Source: Candidatus Bathyarchaeota archaeon (GTDB taxonomy: Archaea; Thermoproteota; Bathyarchaeia; Bathyarchaeales; DTEX01). Taken from it: DNA of 64,000 nt. The stretch lies in contig CAVQNT010000002.1 of the NCBI GenBank assembly GCA_963714275.1, forward strand, positions 1-64,000, read 5' to 3'. The translations under genes were made by a program, and so were the position numbers. Positions 59,605-64,000 of the stretch are shown in pieces. The first letter of the stretch is position 1. Each line of letters opens with the position of its first letter. Under the pieces are notes generated by a model, which saw nothing but the letters and a program-made list of their open reading frames with translations, was not told where the DNA came from and searched no databases.

Positions 59605-60424
59605 TCCCCCTCCTTTCTCGCAAATTTTCGTTGAAGCCCAATCGCCGGGATATTTCCTGGGTTGTGTTTTTGACCATGGCAATGAGGGTTTCCACGTTCT
59701 TCTCTTTGATCCGATGGGCGGGCCCGGAGATGCTGAGGGCCGCGATTTCTTTTGAGAATAATCGAAGATAGGGGCTGCTACGGACATTAGACCTTCGCTG
59801 AACTCTTCGTTATCCAGGGCATACCTTGAGCCCGAATTTGAGCAAGGGCTTCCTTAGGGTTTCAGGGTCGGTGATAGTGTGGGAGGTGAACTTTTTGAGG
59901 GGCTTTTTTTTAAGAAAAATATTTAGTTCTTCGAGGGGATAGAGAGGCCAAGAGAACTTTACCGACACCGGTGCAATGAGCCGGAAGCCTCCCTCCAACC
60001 CGTGTTCCGATCCGCAAACTCTGAGGGCTTTCCACTTTATTAATATAGACGATTTCAAAATCATCCATCACCACCAAATGGATGGTTTCTTTCACTTTCT
60101 TATCTAACTCTTCCATGAATGGATGAGGGCCTCTTTTTGCAGGTCCATTTGAGATGCAACCAGTGATCCGAGTTCAAACAGGCGCAGCCCCAACTTATAC
60201 TTTCGGTTTTCTGCATTCTTTACCAGGTAGCAGTGGTTTTCCAAAGTGGAGAGGATCTTGGAAACTGTGGATTTGTTGATGCTCAGATCTTTACTGAGTT
60301 CTGTGACCCCCCATTCGGTACGGTTTCCATCGAAGCGGCTAAGGATATTCAATGCCTTTTCCAGCACTAAAATTGTGGAGGATGATTTTTGATCGGCCTT
60401 GAGTAAAGCGGTTTGAGGCAGCAT
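59601..60424 (-). CDS. IclR-family transcriptional regulator, several frameshifts
   Basis: LEKAL.IL, GVTELS..L...KSTV..IL.TL HTH; ET.HL, IVYI.KVES, HCTGVGK.LL, GYALD.EE. Confidence 0.85.
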
Positions 60425-60428
60425 TTTG

Positions 60429-60463
60429 GTTTCTATATAAGAAACACAAATTCTTATTAAGAA
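60429..60463. promoter_or_regulatory. Two palindromic operator candidates
   Basis: GTTTCTATATAAGAAAC (60429-45) and TTCTTATTAAGAA (60451-63) between the promoter and the IclR start. Confidence 0.6.
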
Positions 60464-60465
60464 GC

Positions 60466-60494
60466 ATTATATGGAGGGCGATTTTTAGTGTCAA
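60466..60494 (-). promoter_or_regulatory. Consensus sigma70 promoter of the IclR/UbiD operon
   Basis: Exact TTGACA-17-TATAAT on the minus strand. Confidence 0.85.
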
Positions 60495-60656
60495 CAAGAA
60501 AGTCGGGCGAGAATACGTTGTAAATAGACATGAGTAAATTGTCGAATTAGGAGTAAAATGGGTTCTTCGTGGGATTCCTGAAGGACGGATTGCAGTAAGC
60601 TAAAGCATAAGTGAACCAACAAGCGAAAATCCATTGGCGGTTCGTAAATAAAATAA

Positions 60657-61598
60657 TCATCCTCGGTCCTCTATCGCTCTCTGGGCATTTTCAAGGCGTG
60701 CCCTTTCTTCACGAAGTGCCCGATGAGCCTCTTCCAAGGTTACAGATTTAAAATGCAGACTTTCACCAGGCATGACCTGCGCCAGGATATCTAAATCTGC
60801 AGAGATGATATTTGCGATCTTAGTATAACCCCCGGAGACCTGCGCATCCCAAAGCATAATGATGGGCATTCCATCTCCCGGAACCTGGATGGCGCCACGA
60901 GCAATCGATTCGGAAATAATATCGGCACCCTTCACATGCTCGATTTTCGGCCCCTCCAGTCTGTAACCCATGCGGTCTGATTGCGAACTTACGGTGTATT
61001 CTGATGACAGAAAGGTCTCCAACCCCTGAGAAGTAAAACGGTCTTCTTGCGGGCCAAGGAGAACACGCAAGGGCTTTTTATCGGAGAGGATAGGGATTAG
61101 ATCCGCGGGCAAAGGCTTGAGGCAGGGAGGCCTTAGTCCATCACCTTCAGTCTCCAGGGTGTCCCCGGCCTTCAAGGGATTGCCCATCAGGCCGCGGGCA
61201 AAGACCGACCGGCTGTTAAGAAATTTCGGCCCGTCAAATCCACCCCGCACCGCAAGGAAAGCCCGAAAACCCAGTTTCCTGGCTCGGAATGAGATCCGGT
61301 CCCCTCTCTGTATGGAGACAGCCTGCCACATGGGAAGAGGAATTTTATTGAGCGCCGGAGAAAGATCTCCTCCTGTGATGGCAATAAATAAATCCCCCAA
61401 CGCCAGGAGTTCCAGTCGGAAAAGAGTAGTCTCCAGCACAGCCGCGCCACTTGAGTTTCCGACTAAGAGGTTGGCGATCCTGGCTGAAAAACTACCCGCC
61501 ACTCCAGAGCCGGGAATTCCATATTTCATGAATCCCGGCCGGCCCAGGTCTTGAATGGCGGTAAGAATTCCAGGGTTCAAAACCTCAAAGGCCTTCAC
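60657..61598 (-). CDS. pxpC: 5-oxoprolinase subunit C / KipA-type carboxyltransferase-domain protein
   Basis: QDLGRPG, AN.LVGN, SDRMGYRL.G, GAIQVPGDG.PII, GGY.KI. Confidence 0.88.
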   Translation of the reverse strand: MKAFEVLNPGILTAIQDLGRPGFMKYGIPGSGVAGSFSARIANLLVGNSSGAAVLETTLFRLELLALGDLFIAITGGDLSPALNKIPLPMWQAVSIQRGDRISFRARKLGFRAFLAVRGGFDGPKFLNSRSVFARGLMGNPLKAGDTLETEGDGLRPPCLKPLPADLIPILSDKKPLRVLLGPQEDRFTSQGLETFLSSEYTVSSQSDRMGYRLEGPKIEHVKGADIISESIARGAIQVPGDGMPIIMLWDAQVSGGYTKIANIISADLDILAQVMPGESLHFKSVTLEEAHRALREERARLENAQRAIEDRG

Positions 61599-62309
61599 AG
61601 AAAATCCTCCGCTCGCCGTCCTTTCGCCCTCAAGGCTTCCTCTTCGGATGCAGGGGGGAATAAAACTTCATCCCCGGCCACAAAGGGGATGGGGGGAAAG
61701 ATCTGCGGATTATAAAGAATCACAAATGTCCTTCCAATATAATTGAAGCCCGAAGGTTGATCGGTGGCGATGGCATTTGCTTGGCCGCCGGCAAACCCCA
61801 CTGACCCTCCGGGAACAAGGGTTCGCGGGGTGGGCAGGCGGGGCACCCGAAGCTTGATCCGGGAGTCCCCCGAGGTAAGCCAACCCACAGATAAATCCGA
61901 TGAAGTAAACTAAAAAATGCGTTTTTGAAAAAACCTCAATTACTTCTTCAGGGGGCAGACACAAAATTTCGGAGACCCGCTGCAGGTCCGGGCCATGGGC
62001 CCCACCATAAACAGTGGGTAGCCGAAAAGTGCGTCGGGCCGGAAGATCCATGTTCCTCGCCCTTCCCAGATATATTTTTATTTTCTCCAGGAGGGCTTCA
62101 TACTCTATCTCCAGAGGGTCGTAGGTCACCATCAAGGTTCGATATGCTGGAAGAACTTCATTGATCCCAGGAAATCGTTCGGCTTCGATGGTCAGGGCTA
62201 AGGAACGAACAGCCCGGTTGACCTCGGGGTCGATTCGATTGTCGAACTCCACCAGCACTGCGCTGTCCCCGGAGGGACGGATTTTGGGCCACTCGGAAAT
62301 GTCATTCAT
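61595..62309 (-). CDS. pxpB: 5-oxoprolinase subunit B / KipI-type protein, frameshift near 61860
   Basis: GDSA.LVEF, P.Y, YGG.HGPDL, GF..G.AYLGGL, PR..VP.GSV. Confidence 0.85.
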
Positions 62310-62433
62310 TTTCTCTTCCCATTTCCTATCTCTCTATCTTCCGGTCTATTAGGTTGCCAAGTATATCATCCATCAAAGATCTTGTAAAATTTTTCTTCCC
62401 TTTTCGTCAAGAGGAGGATAATGATAAAAATCT

Positions 62434-63591
62434 ATGGTGGAAAGAGATAGTGAATCTTATTCTAAGAAGGCAGCTTACTTGGCCCTGGGTCACTTCGTCA
62501 CGGATCTCTACCCGGGCCTTCTGCCTCCTCTCTTGCCTCTTTTGATCGATAGATTCCATTTGTCCTTTACCCGCGTAGGTATTCTAGCTATGGTAATGAG
62601 TGCCTCTGCCTCCATGCCCCAGCCCATCTTCGGGTACCTTTCTGACAAGCTCGGCGGCCGGAAGATGATCATCTTTGGGCCCATCCTGGCCGGTCTCAGC
62701 CTAAGCTCGATCGGGTTAGCCTCCAATTACTCATTGATGATTATCCTTTTGATCCTTGGTGGATTGGGAGCGGCTTGCTATCATCCCGAGGCAGCAGCGT
62801 TGTCTGCTTCCTTGAGCGGCCGGCAAAGAACTCTGGGTATGTCCATATTCATGCTGGGGGGAAATTTTGGTTACGGCCTGGGTCCCTTCCTAATCCTCCT
62901 GGTTATCGCGAGCCTTGGCTTAGAATGGAGCCTCCTCGCTTCTCTGCCGGCATTGGTTACCGCTTGGCTTCTGCATCGGTATGCACCTCAGCCCGGTGAG
63001 GGTCGCATGTTGCCCTCTCATTCTGGACGCGCAGTGGCAGGGCCTACGAATCGAAGGATCTTTCGTTTTGGCATTCTGTGGTCCGTGGTCGTGCTGAGGG
63101 TCACCGCTGTCCTGAGCTTGGCCACTTTCCTGCCCACCATTCAAAAACTCCGGGGGTTTTCCCTGATCGCCAGCGGAAGCTCCTTCACCGTGTTCATGGC
63201 CTGCGGAGCCTTGGGGGGTTTAATCGGCGGATACTTATCTGATCGGCTAGGACGGAGAACAATGATCATCTCCTCATTCATCATAGCCATCCCAGTGTTC
63301 TTGGCTTTCCTTTATCTGAAAGGGACAATGAGTTTTTTCATCTTGGCCCTGTTAGGTTTTCTGTTATTCATGAGCGAGCCCGCCTGCATCGTCCTGGCCC
63401 AGGAGATGGCTCCCCATAAAGCCCGGACGGTATCCGGCCTGATCATGGGAATGGCCTGGGGGATGGCTGGATGGGGGGTTTTGGGGACCGGAGCTTTAGC
63501 TGATTTCTTGGGCATGGAAAGGGCGCTAAGCTACCTTTTGCTCCTTCCGGCCGGAGCTCTCATTCTCTCCTTTTTCCTGCCCCGGAAATAG
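62434..63591 (+). CDS. MFS transporter (Fsr-like)
   Basis: H...D.Y...LPPLLP, QP.FG.LSD, HPE, GGN.G, SDRLGRR. Confidence 0.88.
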   Translation: MVERDSESYSKKAAYLALGHFVTDLYPGLLPPLLPLLIDRFHLSFTRVGILAMVMSASASMPQPIFGYLSDKLGGRKMIIFGPILAGLSLSSIGLASNYSLMIILLILGGLGAACYHPEAAALSASLSGRQRTLGMSIFMLGGNFGYGLGPFLILLVIASLGLEWSLLASLPALVTAWLLHRYAPQPGEGRMLPSHSGRAVAGPTNRRIFRFGILWSVVVLRVTAVLSLATFLPTIQKLRGFSLIASGSSFTVFMACGALGGLIGGYLSDRLGRRTMIISSFIIAIPVFLAFLYLKGTMSFFILALLGFLLFMSEPACIVLAQEMAPHKARTVSGLIMGMAWGMAGWGVLGTGALADFLGMERALSYLLLLPAGALILSFFLPRK

Positions 63592-63644
63592 AGAAACAGG
63601 GAGACAGGGAGTTGGGGCGATAGGGGGATAGAAAGCAATCTCCC

Positions 63645-64000
63645 TTAGAACAACTTAAATCGCCCGTCGAATTCAGGCTGGACTGTAACCTGGGTGAAGA
63701 CGCGGTCCTGCTCTTCCCGGATGGCCGCCATCATCCAGAGAAAAGTGGTCACCGTCCCGGGCGCGGCCACATTATAATGATAACCCTTCTGAATAGCCAC
63801 TGCATCCCCTTCCCGAACCATGGCTACAATCTCGGCATTCTGGAAATCCCAGTAATTCAGGTGAATGGCAAAATTGGGCGCGGGCATGTCCACGTAGAGG
63901 TAAATCTCCTCCTTGGCCTGTGAATGATCGTGCGGCGGCCAGCTGGTCCAGTTCCCTTCTTTGCTCATAGTCACCCCGGCCAAAAGCCGCCCCGCTTTTA
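63645..64000 (-). CDS. IolB/KduI-family (5-deoxyglucuronate isomerase-like) protein, 3' part only
   Basis: GNWTSWPPH.H, EEIY.Y, GD.V.I..GYH; runs off the window edge. Confidence 0.8.
   Translation of the reverse strand, partial: KAGRLLAGVTMSKEGNWTSWPPHDHSQAKEEIYLYVDMPAPNFAIHLNYWDFQNAEIVAMVREGDAVAIQKGYHYNVAAPGTVTTFLWMMAAIREEQDRVFTQVTVQPEFDGRFKLF

Noticed and set aside
56670-60424. Programmed frameshifting or selenocysteine/pyrrolysine recoding
   Set aside because: The breaks change frame rather than being in-frame TGA/TAG at catalytic positions, and they lack consistent slippery sites; sequencing indels are the simpler explanation.

Overview
A 64-kb stretch of chromosome from an anaerobic bacterium. 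A Desulfobacterota/deltaproteobacterial affiliation is inferred from gene content and the ftsK-lolA-rimO order. The left part is housekeeping: two tRNA-Ser genes behind serS, dedA, lapA, a dpp-type ABC operon, plsC, ftsK, lolA and rimO. Next is a lone ABC-ATPase/TOPRIM-like (OLD-like) gene beside a truncated acyl-CoA dehydrogenase. A long organic-acid catabolic region follows: two divergent liv-type ABC operons, glcDF-like genes, three 2-oxoacid:ferredoxin oxidoreductase operons (one with a PorD-GltD/NfnB-like fusion), an RraA-family protein, a LarA-like protein, a GldA-like dehydrogenase and a Tct transporter. The most unusual coding locus is an IclR-controlled operon at 50984-60494. It combines an HmfF-like UbiD decarboxylase, an M24 peptidase-fold protein, a QPRTase/NadC-like protein with altered active-site motifs, a molybdopterin-binding-domain protein, a TAXI binding protein, an MhpD-type hydratase, a large unknown protein and a 2x[4Fe-4S]+BFD ferredoxin. 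The intergenic DNA holds many palindromic repeats and MITEs. These nest inside each other with readable target-site duplications and appear to pair terminal-repeat shells with interchangeable internal REP pairs. A small Rap1a-like immunity cassette sits between 28-bp att-like repeats at the tspO 3' end. Many genes carry single-base frameshifts that look like long-read assembly errors. All protein calls come from reading motifs by eye; no database searches were run.
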